A stretch of 55,740 bases of DNA from Octopus sinensis. Lineage: Eukaryota. Under the pieces are notes generated by a model that searched no databases, was not told the DNA's origin, and saw only the letters and a program-made list of their open reading frames with translations. Positions within the stretch are counted from its first letter, which is position 1, and each line of letters begins with the position of its first letter. Where the stretch lies: NCBI RefSeq assembly GCF_006345805.1, contig NW_021829896.1, positions 1 to 55,740 of the forward strand, given 5' to 3'. A program made the position numbers and the translations under genes. Shown one piece after another: positions 26,608-42,740 of the stretch.

Positions 26608-26947
26608 ATTGTGTGTGTGTGTGTGTGTGCGTGTATGTATAAACGCTTGGATCATCTAGCACCTGGTGTATGGTTATCCGACTCCCACCTTTCCGATCAT
26701 CCGGCTGGACATAAAATACACTCCGTGTTAAGTCTGATGATCGGAAATGTGAAATTTGAATCCCTTATGTGCTGAGTGCTTTTTTTTACCTATCTTGTCT
26801 GTGTATACACATTCAATTGTGCACCAATATATGCATATATGTGTGTGCGTGTATATATATATATGCATATATTTCTGTATATATGCACACACATTCATAT
26901 ACATACATACACATACACACACACAAATACATATATATATATATATA

Positions 26948-26986
<39 letters not shown>

Positions 26987-27134
26987 TTGAATGAATTATC
27001 TTATTATGGATAATTCGGTTAACCGATACCTGGGTAGCAAATTCACGTCAGAAAAACACGGTTGAAGCTACATACCTAGGGCAGAGATCACGTGCATTCG
27101 TGTGGAAATTTGTGTTTTTTTAAATACAGATAAA

Positions 27135-27372
27135 TGAAAGAATGGAGTTGAACGACGAATTAACAAAATTCCTTTATTTTCGACATATGTGTGGGCAGTC
27201 ATCGAAAAGTTTTTTTACGCATCTTGATGCTGACATAAGTTCCTTGTTTTTCGTGATGAGAAGGCGGAATAATGCACCCCTTATTCCTTTGAAATTAGGA
27301 ATATGCAGCCTTCGAAACATATGTCGAAAATAAAGGAATTTTGTTAATTCGTCGTTCAACTCCATTCTTTCA
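27135..27372 (+). mobile_element. Fold-back hammerhead element with perfect 56-bp inverted repeat
   Basis: 27135-27190 is the exact reverse complement of 27317-27372. Confidence 0.75.
27240..27338 (+). ncRNA. Type I hammerhead, extended helix II, C3-to-G substitution
   Basis: TTCCTTGTTTTTC-GTGATGA-GAAGGC...GCCTTC-GAAA-CATATG-TC-GAAAATAAAGGAA. Confidence 0.7.
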
Positions 27373-27378
27373 ATTATT

Positions 27379-27415
<37 letters not shown>

Positions 27416-27996
27416 ATTTTATAATGAATGAGACAAACGGGAAAACGATTTGGTAAGAAATTTTATTCAATGCAACGATCACTTCGATCTATCATGCATC
27501 TGTGTCTTACGGGTGGAATATTTCACAGTTGCTTGTGTTGCACCTATCCCGTAAGCGACAGAAGCAAGATAGGTCGAAACGATCGTTTGTGTTGAATAAT
27601 GATTCTTGCTAAATCATAAGTACTGAGAGAGATGGAGAGAGAGAGAGAGAGACAGATGCACACACACACGAACACGCATACATACCCGTATGCAGAGAGA
27701 TTTTTAGGTGCATATGAATGCAAGCGTTACATGCAAAAACAGACGCATACAGAAGCATACATACGTAATTGTATGCGTACATTATTACGGCCATACATTC
27801 ATATATGCACACGCACGCACACATACATACATACATACATACATACATACATACATACATACATACATGCATGCATGCATACATACACACATACATACAT
27901 ACATACATACATACATACATACATACATACACTTTAACACACATGCATTCAAACACATATTTCATATTAATATTCTGCATTTTCTATGCTCTTTTC

Positions 27997-28374
27997 TTCT
28001 CTAGGCACAAGCCCCGAAATTTTGGAGGATTAGATCGTCCCCAATGCGTAACTGGTACTTAACTTATGGACCCCTAAAGAATGAAAGGCAAAGTCGAGCT
28101 CGGCGGAATTTGAACTCAGAACGTAAACACAGAAGAAATACCTATTCCTTTATTACCCACAAGGGGCTAAAAACAGAAGGGACAAACAAGGACAGACAAA
28201 CGGATGAAGTCGATTACATCGACACCAGTGCGTAACTGGTACTTAATTTATCAACTCCGAAAGGATGAAAGGCAAAGTCAACCTCGGCGGAATTTGAACT
28301 CAGAACGAAAAGGCGTACGAAATACTGCTAAGCATTTCGTCCCGTGTGCTAACGTTTCTGCCAGCTCGCCGCCT
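27997..28374 (-). mobile_element. SINE family B head-to-tail dimer (long-tail plus short-tail)
   Basis: Junction aataggtatttc near 28140. Confidence 0.88.
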
Positions 28375-28554
28375 TCTCCATCTTCTATGATGTTGATAGA
28401 ATGGTAAAGGCTTGGGAAACGTTTAGGAAAGGTTTGGGAATAAGAGAAACGCTAGCCGAAGAGCTGAAAACGTAAGGAGAGATGGTTATGAATCTGAGTA
28501 TGTGATGCTTTTAGTGTGTAGCGGGAAAGGTTAGCGGCAGATCGAGACACTGAT

Positions 28555-29330
28555 TGTCAGTCAGAGAGAGAGAGAGAGGAATAGGAGGAGAGTGGAAATA
28601 AAACAAAGAATGGGAGAAGGAGAGAGATGATAACGAGAGAGAAGGAAACAGGGGGTGGAGAAAGGTTGCGAATGTGAGCCTGAGAGGTTTAGGTTGAAAG
28701 AGAATAAGTGTGCATTGAAGAGAATGAATTGGTGTGATATATATAGGGAGATATATAGAGAGAGGGAAATATAGAGGGAGAGAGATTGTGAAAGTAAGAG
28801 AGTAAGAGCAAGAAGGAGAGAGCGAGTGTGTGTATATGTGTATGTGAGAGAAAGAGAGAGAAAGAGGGAAATGTATAGAGATAGGCAGATACATAGTGAG
28901 AATGTCTGTAACGTATCCCAGGAGAAAGAATAAGAGAGCAGCGGGAGAAAGAGAGAGAAAGAGAGACAGAGACAAAGAGGAGGCGTCTGAAAGAGATAGA
29001 GGTAGGGAGAGAGAGATAGTGAGAGAGAGAGAGAGAAATAAAAATAAGGCGTTAGCGAAGGTGTAAAAGAGAGTGGAGGGAAAGGTGGGAGTGAAGAGGC
29101 GATCGAGAGAAAAAGAGAAACAAAGATAAGAGAAAGAGTGAACGAGAGAACTGTAGCAAGAAAGAGAATACGTAAGAGAGAGTGAGAGAGAGGGAGAGAG
29201 AAAATGGGAGAGAAAGATAAAGAAAGAGTAGAGAGATAGTGAATAAAGAGAAAGATTGGGAGAGACAGAGAGGGGGAGAGTTAGGGAAAGAGGGAGAAGA
29301 AGAAGAAGGTGAAGATTTGACAGAGGAGAG
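28555..29330. repeat. Degenerate AG-rich microsatellite
   Basis: Purine-rich (GA)n-derived tract. Confidence 0.85.
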
Positions 29331-29714
29331 AATTCTGGGAATAGTTTCATCAAATAATTTTCCAACTGTAGGATGGTGTCACAGGGAATTAGACCAAAAC
29401 TAACATTAACCTTTTCGCTAAGAAATGAGGTGGGGGAGAAAAATCAAAATGGCGTTATTTCAGCAATTTCTGTCGTCTGCTATATTTGGTCAAAAAGTAA
29501 TCGACGTATCTTGGCGTTTTTCCTGCAGACATGTTTGAAAGAAGAGATTTTTCGCACCGAACTTCTCGGTGGTTTCGCCGTAATAAATACATTGTGTTAG
29601 TGTGTAGCGCGTCGCACTAATGGCATGGTTTTATATTATAGAAATTGTCGTTTATTTCGGGGAACAGAACGTGAATGCCGGCGGAGAATGTATATGTGTT
29701 TGTACATATATAGG

Positions 29715-29760
<46 letters not shown>

Positions 29761-29872
29761 GTGTGTGTGTGTGTGTATGAGTGCGCGAATATATATATAT
29801 ATATATGTACATATACATATATATTTGTACGGATATGTATCTTCTATAGATGCATATAGAAACATTAATGCA

Positions 29873-29911
<39 letters not shown>

Positions 29912-30048
29912 ATATAAATATACAGATAAATAGATAGATAGATATAGACAGATAGATATATAAATATAGATACGCACATGTATGTTTGTGTGTATATATA
30001 TGCACATATATATATAGATCTCACTCTCTCTGTCTCTTTCTGACTTTA

Positions 30049-30080
<32 letters not shown>

Positions 30081-30888
30081 CCTATATAATGAATTATTTA
30101 CACATATGAATATGCATAAGCATATATGCACTCAAATACATATATACACAAACACACACATATATATACATATAAATGAATATATATATATATGTACATG
30201 TTCGTGTATGTCTGCATGTGCATGTATGCGTGTGCGTAAATATATATGCATGCACACATAAAAGTACACACATAACTCACACGTACACATATTCTCACCC
30301 ATAGACACACGGTTATTTGTTTAGGGTGTTCCGATTGTGTTATTGCACGTTTGTAAGAAGACCGCGCATTAGTGCATGAGCAGCGCATGCGCACGCGTAT
30401 GCGTTTGTACGCTTGTAGCAGGTTGTTCCCATAAAAAGAATGTGGCATTGTGTAATGTATAGGGATTACGACAACATGCAGGTGTACGCCCGTGTATATG
30501 CGTGTGTCTGCGCATGCGTGCGTGTATGTGTGAACGTGGAAGTTTAATAGGGGATTTGTGCAAAGTTCGCCATTGTGTAGACTACGCCCGCACGCATGCG
30601 TACATTCAGGCGTGCGTGTATTTCTATGATGTGTTTGATGTGATTGCCTTTGGGCATAGACGAAGGTACGACAATCTGTGATGTACGAGTGTGTGTACGT
30701 TCGTATGTTTTCGTTGGCGTCGTTGGCGGAATATGAACCGATTTGTTAACGTATGAATATGCGTTTGTATATGGGTCTCTGACTAGGTGTGCATGGGTGC
30801 ATGCATGTATGATTGTATTTATGAGTGCATGTGTAATGTGTATGTAGTAACCTATGTGTGCATGTAAAATGTATATATATATATATAT

Positions 30889-30921
<33 letters not shown>

Positions 30922-31232
30922 AATATATATATACATCTGTATATACATATATATTTGTATATACATACATATATAATAGAAGAATATAACTGTATATATA
31001 TACCTGTATCTCTCTTCCTTTCTTATCTGTATACATATATGTGTGATAGATATATAGCTAGCAAACTAGCTAGATAGATAGATAGATATAGATGAATTTA
31101 GCTATTCGTTTCACCAGCATGCATCTATACAAGATATACGTATATCAACCTGTCCATCTATCTATTTATATGTGTGTGCGTAGTGTGTATACATATATAT
31201 GTATATACATGCATACGTACATTATGCATACA

Positions 31233-31268
<36 letters not shown>

Positions 31269-31269
31269 T

Positions 31270-31450
31270 ATTTTGTTTTCTCTGTCCCCCCTTCTCGGGA
31301 TCTTTCTTTCTCCTATGTTTCCGACGAAGAGCTCCGCTCGAAACGTCAAACCCTCCTTCTTCCCTTCTTCCCCGAGCGGCCAATAATACTTTATTTGTTC
31401 CACGTCCTTGCGTTGTTGTCTTTTTGTTTTCTTGTTTGGATTAACTTTAT
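31270..31450 (+). mobile_element. Minimal-hammerhead short element, copy 2
   Basis: Pyrimidine-rich leader, hammerhead, T-rich tail, (TA)n; layout as 20760 and 41660. Confidence 0.6.
31317..31351 (+). ncRNA. Minimal type I hammerhead ribozyme
   Basis: GTTT-CCGACGA-A-GAGC-tcc-GCTC-GAAA-CG-TC-AAAC; ACGT palindromic helix III; U4C variant. Confidence 0.7.
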
Positions 31451-31503
31451 ATATATATATATATATTATATATATATATATAATATATATATACATATAT
31501 ATA

Positions 31504-31550
<47 letters not shown>

Positions 31551-31954
31551 ACATACATATATACATACATAGGGATATATACATACAAAGCTTGTTGTGC
31601 TTGTTTTAATTGTTATTAAATACAGAATATCGTCCAACTACCTATGAGAAGAGAATACAAGATTTTGAATAACGTTTGACCTGAGATGATGTTCAACCTG
31701 ATTAGGATGAAACGCATTCTAATTCTATATATTCTCCACAAACACGGAATATGTGCTAAACATCAAAAAGCACTTAGTAAATGCATGCAAACCGTCTTGG
31801 TCGTCCATGAGAAAGGCAGACGATACTGAAGTAATGTTGAAGGCACAGGAATGACGGCGCAAGCGTGAAAATGACGTTAAGAATATAGAAATGAGAAAGG
31901 AATGGCGTTCAAATGACGTTGAATTCATATAAATTATGTTGAAGTTGTAGAGAT

Positions 31955-32360
31955 AGTGGCTGTGTGGTAAGTAGCTTGCTTACCAACCACATAGTTCCGG
32001 GTTCAGTCCCACTGCGTGGCATCTTGGGCAAGTGTCTTCTGCTATAGCCCCGGGCCGACCAATGCCTTGTGAGTGGATTTGGTAGACGGAAACTGAAAGA
32101 AGCCTGTCGTAGATATGTATATATATATATATGTATGTGTGTGTATATGTTTGTGTGTCTGTGTTTGTCCCCCTAGCATTGCTTGACAACCGATGCTGGT
32201 GTGTTTACGTCCCCGTCACTTAGCGGTTCGGCAAAAGAGACCGACAGAATAAGTACTGGTCTTACAAAAGAATAAGTCCCGGGGTCGATTTGCTTGACTA
32301 AAGGCGGTGCTCCAGCATGGCCGCAGTCAAATGATTGAAACAAGTAAAAGAGTAAAAGAG
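31955..32360 (+). mobile_element. SINE family A, full length
   Basis: Nearly colinear with 21050-21429. Confidence 0.93.
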
Positions 32361-32389
32361 TATAGAATTGGTGACCAAGAAGTCACATA

Positions 32390-35220
<2,831 letters not shown>

Positions 35221-35386
35221 ACATGTGTATACATACACACATATATACATATATACACACGCGTGCGCGAGTACACACACACACATATGAATACATACAC
35301 ACGTACATACATACATATATATACATATATATATATATGTATATATATGTATATATGTGTATATGTATATATGTATATATGTTTAT

Positions 35387-35439
<53 letters not shown>

Positions 35440-35486
35440 ATATATATATATATGTATGTATATATATACGTATACATATACACATA

Positions 35487-35539
<53 letters not shown>

Positions 35540-36179
35540 AGAGTATTGTAGTTCGCTTGAAGCATTGTGTATTGTTTGTAAAGAACAAAAAGTTTTGAAT
35601 GGTACAACAATGCACTATAATACAAACAATAGGCTATATACCTGTTGTAATTTAATCATCTATATAAGATTATGGATGACTAATAGCTCATTGTCTGTAT
35701 TATAGTGCATTGTTGTATCATTAAAAACTTTTATTCTTCACATATATATATATATATATACGTGCGTGTGTTTGATATGTATCAGATTAAAAAGCACTCA
35801 AAATGTTCAGACTGCACACTGGAACGAAGGAGGGAAATATAAGCTATAACATAAACTCAGATTATTCTACAAGGACTTTTCATAAACTTGGCAATTGTGT
35901 CTTTCACTGACAACTAATTCGAATGCCAAAGCAAACATTTCCCCCATTGCCATCAAAATACAGCCCCAGGCTGGGCAGGGGTCAGGGAAACTTTATAACC
36001 AACTACCGCAAAATATTTCTATCTGCGCCGACGTTACTCCTTTGATTTGAAAGGAAGAAAACTATAGGATCTTTCAATCCAAAAGGGTTATTGAACCTAT
36101 TTGTATGGAGAATACAATTATAAATATAAAAAGCAGAAAGCAAATGCGATAAAATAAATTTACTTGTAAAAGTAACATT

Positions 36180-36460
36180 CACTGCGGTCATGCTGCAGCA
36201 CCGTCTTGATGAGGTTTATTCGAACAAATGGACTTCAGGACATATTTTACAAGCCCAGCACTTATCCTATCGGTCACTTTTCACGAACCGTTATATATAT
36301 AAGGTGGGCTTCTTTCAGTTTCCCTTTACCAAATCCGCTCACAAGGCTTCGGTTGACCTGAGGCTAGAATAAGAGATACTTGTCCAATGTACCACGCAGT
36401 GGGACTGAACCCAAATCTATGTGGATGGGAAGCAATCTTCTTACCACACAGCCACACCTG
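36180..36460 (-). mobile_element. SINE family A, decayed, internally deleted
   Basis: caggtgtggctgtgtggtaag head; gggttcagtccc box B. Confidence 0.8.
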
Positions 36461-36595
36461 TATGTATGTACGTGCATCATACATACATGTACGAATATTA
36501 AAGTTACCCCCACTGTATATATGTGTGTGTGTGTATGTGTGCTTGAGTGTGTGTGTAAGTGTGTGCCTGTGTGTGTGCATGTGTGTGTGTGTGTC

Positions 36596-36868
36596 GAGGT
36601 GCAATGGCCCAGTGGTTAGGACAGCGGACACGTGGTTGGAGCATCGCGGTTTCGATTCCCAGACCGGGCGTTGTGCGTGTTTATTGAGCGAAAACACCTA
36701 AAGCTCTACGAGGTTCCGGCAGGGGGTGGTGGCAACCCCTGCTGTGCTCTTTCGTCCTAAATTTCTTTCTGCGATGGACTGGCGTCCCGTCCAGCTCGAG
36801 GGAACACATACGCCATCGAAACCAGGAAACCAGGCCCATGAGCCTGGCTAGGCTTGAAAAGGGCGCAT
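36596..36868 (+). mobile_element. tRNA-derived SINE family C, short-tail variant
   Basis: tggcccagtggttagg box A, ggtttcgattccc box B; tail gcgatggactggcgtcccgtccag...ggctaggcttgaaaagggcgc. Confidence 0.88.
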
Positions 36869-36902
36869 ATATATATATATATACATGACTATATATATAC
36901 GT

Positions 36903-37280
36903 GGAGGTGCAATGGCCCAGTGGTTAGGGCAGCGGACTCGCGGTCATAGGATCGCGGTTTCGATTCCCAGACCGGGCGTTGTGAGTGTTTATTGAGCGAA
37001 AACACGTAAAGCTCCACGAGGCTCCGGCAGGGGATGGTGGTGATCCCTGCTGTACTCTTTCACCACAACTTTCTCTCACTCTTACTTCCTGTTTCTGTTG
37101 TACCTGTATTTCAAAGGACCGGCCTTGTCACTCTCTGTGTCACGCTGAATATCCCCGAGAACTACGTTAAGGGTACACGTGTCTGTGGAGTGCTCAGCCA
37201 CTTACACGTTAATTTCACGAGCAGGCTGTTCCGTTGATTCGGATCAACCGGAACCCTCATCGTCGTTATCGGCGGAGTAC
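36903..37280 (+). mobile_element. tRNA-derived SINE family C, long-tail variant
   Basis: Same head; tail with gtgctcagccacttacacgttaatttcacg domain. Confidence 0.9.
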
Positions 37281-38211
37281 TTAAGGATATATATACATAT
37301 AAATACACATATGTGGTGGGGATGGGTGTGAAAGAGACAAAAAGAGAGTGAGAGGATGTGTGTGTGTGTGTGTAGCTATGTACTACACTTCACAGCATCA
37401 TTATACGTTGGTCACTTTGTTATTTCTCTAATTGATATTCAGTGAGAATTCTTAGCACTTTTCATATGATAAACAAAACAGATTTCATGAAGAAAATAAG
37501 ATATATATACGAAAAAAACAAAGCTCAGGCCATTTATTGTATGTTACAAGGGGTATCACTCGTTAGATAATTATATTAGTAAGGGTGATATATTTCCCCA
37601 GAGTAATTAGAAATATAGATTGGGACAATAAAAACAAAAGCAGTTTATTCCAATCTATCTGTAAATATTTGCTGCTGTTATGCTAAGTTTACAAAGGTTA
37701 AATATGAACACAACGGAGGAGAATAAATAGTTGTATTATGTGAAGGAAAACAATTCTGTATGTAAAGCTATAAAATTGTGTTGTGATTAAGTATTGATGC
37801 ATTTAATCAATGGGTGAAGTGATATTCCAGTTTCTGGCTCGATAATTACAGAAGTCGTTGCAAATGAGCATTGCTTCGGATTTCCGTGAAACTACATAAA
37901 AATGACTACGTAACTTTGTGCTGCATTTGTATAGCCTTTCTAAATCACTCTCTCTCTCTCTCTTTCTCTTTCTCTTTCTCTCTCACTCACACACACACAC
38001 TCTCTCTCTCTCTCATATGTAACATATGTATTTGCTTGTGCACATACACACATATATATATACGTATGTATATACACATATACACACATATACATGTATA
38101 TATTTACATATAAGTATGTGTATATATGTATATACATGCATACATAACAACATGCGGACACACAAACACACACATACATGACGAAGATCAAGTTCTAATA
38201 TCTACTCTTAA

Positions 38212-38251
<40 letters not shown>

Positions 38252-38467
38252 ATATATATATATATATATATATATAACATATATATATATATGATATATA
38301 TATATATACATATATATGTATGTATATATATACATATATATATATATGTATGTATATATATACATGCATACATACACATGCACACACAAACACACACACA
38401 TATTTATATATACATAAACATATACACTGGCGCATATCTACATCTGTATCTATCAATCAATCAATCA

Positions 38468-38511
<44 letters not shown>

Positions 38512-38955
38512 GAAATCTATTTCGTAAATATAAATAGTAATATTGGTATGGATATCACCCATTCAAAAGATGGTTATACATATGCAAACATTATTAAAGT
38601 GCTCATTTGCCTTTCCTGAGACTAAGTCTGAAAAATAATACGCTCAATACTTGGGATATGACTACGTATTCCTCGGACACAATTCGCATTTTAGTCAATT
38701 TTATAAACTCATAACGCACACAAAGAAAGGAAGGGATATGGATCTGCAAAACCATGAGTTGTATGGTTGACCATTAGTTTATCGAAATTTCTTTTTGGTT
38801 TCAATATGGGATTAATTAACTCACGAGAATTTATAAACTCCTTTTATCGTAGATTGTGCAACTTTTGTGATCTGAACTTGTCGCAAACCGGTTCGAAACT
38901 TACTAGTTTCCTACATTTTGATCCCGACCTTACTTATATATATTATATAATATAT

Positions 38956-39099
<144 letters not shown>

Positions 39100-39283
39100 T
39101 AAGCAATTAAGGTTTAGCACGAATTGCCTCACCACACACCGAATTTAGAAATAGCAGTCAAAGAGTTATAGCTATTCTTTCTACTAAAAGGGAGATCTCA
39201 GCAAAAACACAGCACTTGAAAGGCAAACACAGACAGGTAAGAGAGAATGAAATGACGGCAATCTATCATACAATTTTAAGTCA

Positions 39284-39374
39284 CCTACGGACGTACGTTT
39301 CGAAATCAAGTTTTAGGAAAGCATAAGAGTTAGATAATTCTACCTTACCAAACTTCTTTTCTCATCAGCGTAGG
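39284..39374 (-). ncRNA. Type I hammerhead ribozyme, intact consensus, extended helix II
   Basis: CCTACG-CTGATGA-GAAA-(52 nt)-TTTC-GAAA-CGTACG-TC-CGTAGG. Confidence 0.85.
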
Positions 39375-39723
39375 ATACTACAATTATGAATAATTGTATA
39401 TTAAATTTTGAGATACTAGAAGGCAAAATCTCAACTCAGTGTCAGAGCGAGCCAAAGCATTACCAGTACCACGAAATTCAAAATGTGAATGAAAGTTTGT
39501 GTCACCAGCCCCCTTCCACCCGCGTGTAGCCAAGACAAAATGCTGTGGTCATTTACTGGGATAAAATATGGTTATCAGTAACAATAAAGGGTGAAATTAA
39601 TTAATTTGGAATAATTATTAATTACACCAAGTAGATTTCGGCATGTAAAAGCATCATTTGAGGAAAATTATATATATATATATATATAATATATATATAT
39701 TTATAATATATATATATATTATA

Positions 39724-39804
<81 letters not shown>

Positions 39805-39806
39805 TA

Positions 39807-39886
<80 letters not shown>

Positions 39887-39915
39887 CATGCACATGTGCG
39901 TGTGTGCTTGTATGT

Positions 39916-40031
39916 GTGCGGCTGCGTGGTAAGAATCTTGGTTCCAACCACATGTTTCCGGGTTCGGTCCCACTGCGTGGCACCTTGAGCAAGTGTCTTC
40001 TAATATAGCCTAGGGCCCACCAAAGCCTTCG
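39916..40031 (+). mobile_element. SINE family A, 5' fragment
   Basis: gcggctgcgtggtaag...gggttcggtcccactgcgtggcacc. Confidence 0.8.
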
Positions 40032-40037
40032 TATATG

Positions 40038-40073
<36 letters not shown>

Positions 40074-40110
40074 AGAGAGAGAGATAGTTTTTTTCTCATA
40101 ACAGGGCTCT

Positions 40111-40521
40111 CTCTTTACTCTTTTACTCTTTTACTTGTTTCAGTCATTTGACTGCGGCCATGCTGGTGCACCGCCTTTAGTCGAGCAAATCGACCCCGGG
40201 ACTTATTCTTTGTAAGCCCAGTACTTATTCTATCGGTCTCTTTTGCCGAACCACTAAGTGACGGGGACGTAACACACCAGCATCGGTTGTCAAGCAATGC
40301 TAGGGGGACAACACAGACCACAAACATATACACACACACTTATATTATACATATATACGACAGGCTTCTTTCAGTTTTCCGTCTACCAAATCCACTCACA
40401 GGCATTGGTCGGCCCGGAGCTATAGCAGAAGACACTTGCCCAAGATGCCACGCAGTGGGACTGAACCGGGAACCATGTGGTTGGTTAGCAAGCTACTTAC
40501 CACACAGCCACTCCTGCGCCT
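40111..40521 (-). mobile_element. SINE family A, full length
   Basis: Reverse complement of the family consensus including tail. Confidence 0.93.
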
Positions 40522-40574
40522 ATTGATATTGTGTGAACAACGATCCTCGCTAACAGGACCCTGATATTACGTAA

Positions 40575-40835
<261 letters not shown>

Positions 40836-40867
40836 TAGACTGAAAAATAATTAGAAATAACCTTAAT

Positions 40868-40898
40868 GACTTTTCGAATAGTACTGGATTCTCATCAG
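40868..40898 (-). ncRNA. Decayed minimal hammerhead
   Basis: CTGATGA-GAAT-ccagtact-ATTC-GAAA-AG-TC; helix I unpaired, helix III ACGT mutated to AAGT. Confidence 0.5.
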
Positions 40899-41156
40899 TG
40901 GGGTTTTCATGAATTTGATCAATCGCAGGGAAACGAACAGCCAGTTTGTTTATATACTCAACAATTCCACTAGCTGCAGAAAACTGGGGCCACTAATTTG
41001 CATATCATTGTTAAGACTTTACGTAATATCAGGGTCCTGTTAGCGACGATCGTTGTCCACACAATAACAAAGACTGATATATATATAAAATAGGCATAAC
41101 TGATTTATAAAGTGGACTAATTCAGCTAAAACTTAGATAGCTTAGTTATGTTTCAT

Positions 41157-41386
41157 ATTTCTTTATTACCCACAAGTGGCTACACACAGAGGGGGCAAAC
41201 AAGGACAGACAAACGTATTAAGTCGATTACATCGACTCCAGTGCGTAACTGGTACTTAATTTATCGACCCCGAAAGGATGAAAGGCAAAGTCGACCACGG
41301 CGGAATTTGAACCCAGAACCTAACGGCAGACGACATACTGCTAAGCATTTAGCCCGGCGTGCTAACGTTTCTGCCAGCTCGCCGCC
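41157..41386 (-). mobile_element. SINE family B, full length
   Basis: Family head and long tail. Confidence 0.9.
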
Positions 41387-41429
41387 AATTATTGACACAG
41401 GCCGTGTCTAACTTATTATTATTATATAT

Positions 41430-41488
<59 letters not shown>

Positions 41489-41659
41489 GCTCACCCCCAG
41501 ATACATTCACAGGCACTCTCACCCATTCACACATATATATTCGCATGTCCCATTCTTACATACAAACACGGGCTTGCAAACCCCGGTTCTGTCAAGTCAC
41601 CGTTATTATTTCCCCTTCACTCAGCCTCTTCTGGTCATTTCATCATGTTCAATCGTTAA

Positions 41660-41830
41660 TCCCTAGATATTTTACTCCTCTCTCCGTCTTCTTCGTTCTC
41701 TTTCCTTTTTTCGCTCCCACCCTTTTCGGTCGAAGAGCATAGGCTCGAAACGTCAAACACTTTCCCATTCTTTTCGAACGTCAAACTAATACACCTGCTT
41801 GTTGTTCCCCCACCTGTTTTCGTCTCTTAT
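41660..41830 (+). mobile_element. Minimal-hammerhead short element, copy 3
   Basis: TTT-CGGTCGA-A-GAGC-atag-GCTC-GAAA-CG-TC-AAA at 41724-41757; downstream shared with 20760. Confidence 0.65.
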
Positions 41831-41834
41831 TGAT

Positions 41835-41876
41835 GCACCTGAAAAGACCCAGAACGGGTCGAAACATTTGTTGTAC
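41835..41876 (+). ncRNA. Decayed type I hammerhead of another family
   Basis: GCAC-CTGAAAA-GACCC-agaac-GGGTC-GAAA-CATTTG-TT-GTAC; G8A, near-palindromic ACATTTGT. Confidence 0.5.
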
Positions 41877-42039
41877 CCAATAAAGTCTATTACACATACC
41901 ATCTTCTATTTTATTAATACGGTTACCTCAATCGCCACTTCGAAGTTCCTGCAATAAATCGACCGATAACAACGGGTAGTGGAAACTGTGCCGGTACTTT
42001 ACTCAGCATTCATTCATACATTTTGTCCAAATTCCCCAT

Positions 42040-42071
<32 letters not shown>

Positions 42072-42123
42072 AGTATGTATGTATGTGTGTATGCATGTAT
42101 ATATGTATTAGTGTATGAATGCA

Positions 42124-42159
<36 letters not shown>

Positions 42160-42524
42160 TGTATGTATGTATGTATGTATGTATGTTATGTATGAATGTA
42201 TGCATGTATGCATGCATTTGATTTTTCTCTGAGACTAGTTTAAGATTATGAGACTGCCTGGTATTTTGAAACGTGTTGTTGAGTTGGTGTGTTGGTTTGA
42301 GCTCTCGATGCATACATTCAAGTGTGCGAATCTATTGAAATATGAAATAAAAAAATGTAAATCTATTCAAATAACTGAGATCGAGAAGTTTTGGAATGTC
42401 TTACAAATTTTCAAATCGTTACCTTTCCAAACAATTAGTAGTAAAGAAAAAAGTAAATGATGGCAAAAATGCACAGAGTATACGATTTATTTAAATTTTG
42501 GAATAAACGTATATCTATACTCAC

Positions 42525-42740
42525 CGGTTTCACATTTGATTTTCAAATGTGTGAAGCTCTGTCGCTAATTGTCTTTCCAGACCGTTTTTCTAAAATCGTT
42601 TTTTTATAGAAAGGGTGTGGTTCCGAACGCTAACACTTAACGTACAGATTGAGTGGTTGAGGAGGGTCACGTGGTTAGGTAAGGGAATCTTTAGTTAGTT
42701 TTCCACCACATTCATGAGTTAAGGTCATGTGACAGCTGCG
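42525..42740 (-). promoter_or_regulatory. Candidate promoter and short first exon
   Basis: Minus-strand TATAAAAA at 42608-42601, E-boxes upstream, donor CCG|GTGAGT at 42525/42524. Motif evidence only. Confidence 0.3.

Noticed and set aside
29500-29600. Strong acceptor tttttcctgcAG near a YY1-like AAAATGGCG
   Set aside because: No convincing donor or identifiable peptide; isolated motifs are common.
36903-36975. tRNA genes at SINE heads
   Set aside because: A and B boxes are present, but there is no complete cloverleaf and each continues into a SINE body.
38865-38915. gaac/gttc-GAAA-c-ttacta-gtt hammerhead-like stretch
   Set aside because: Upstream core reads GTGATCT; not compatible with the consensus or a compensated variant.
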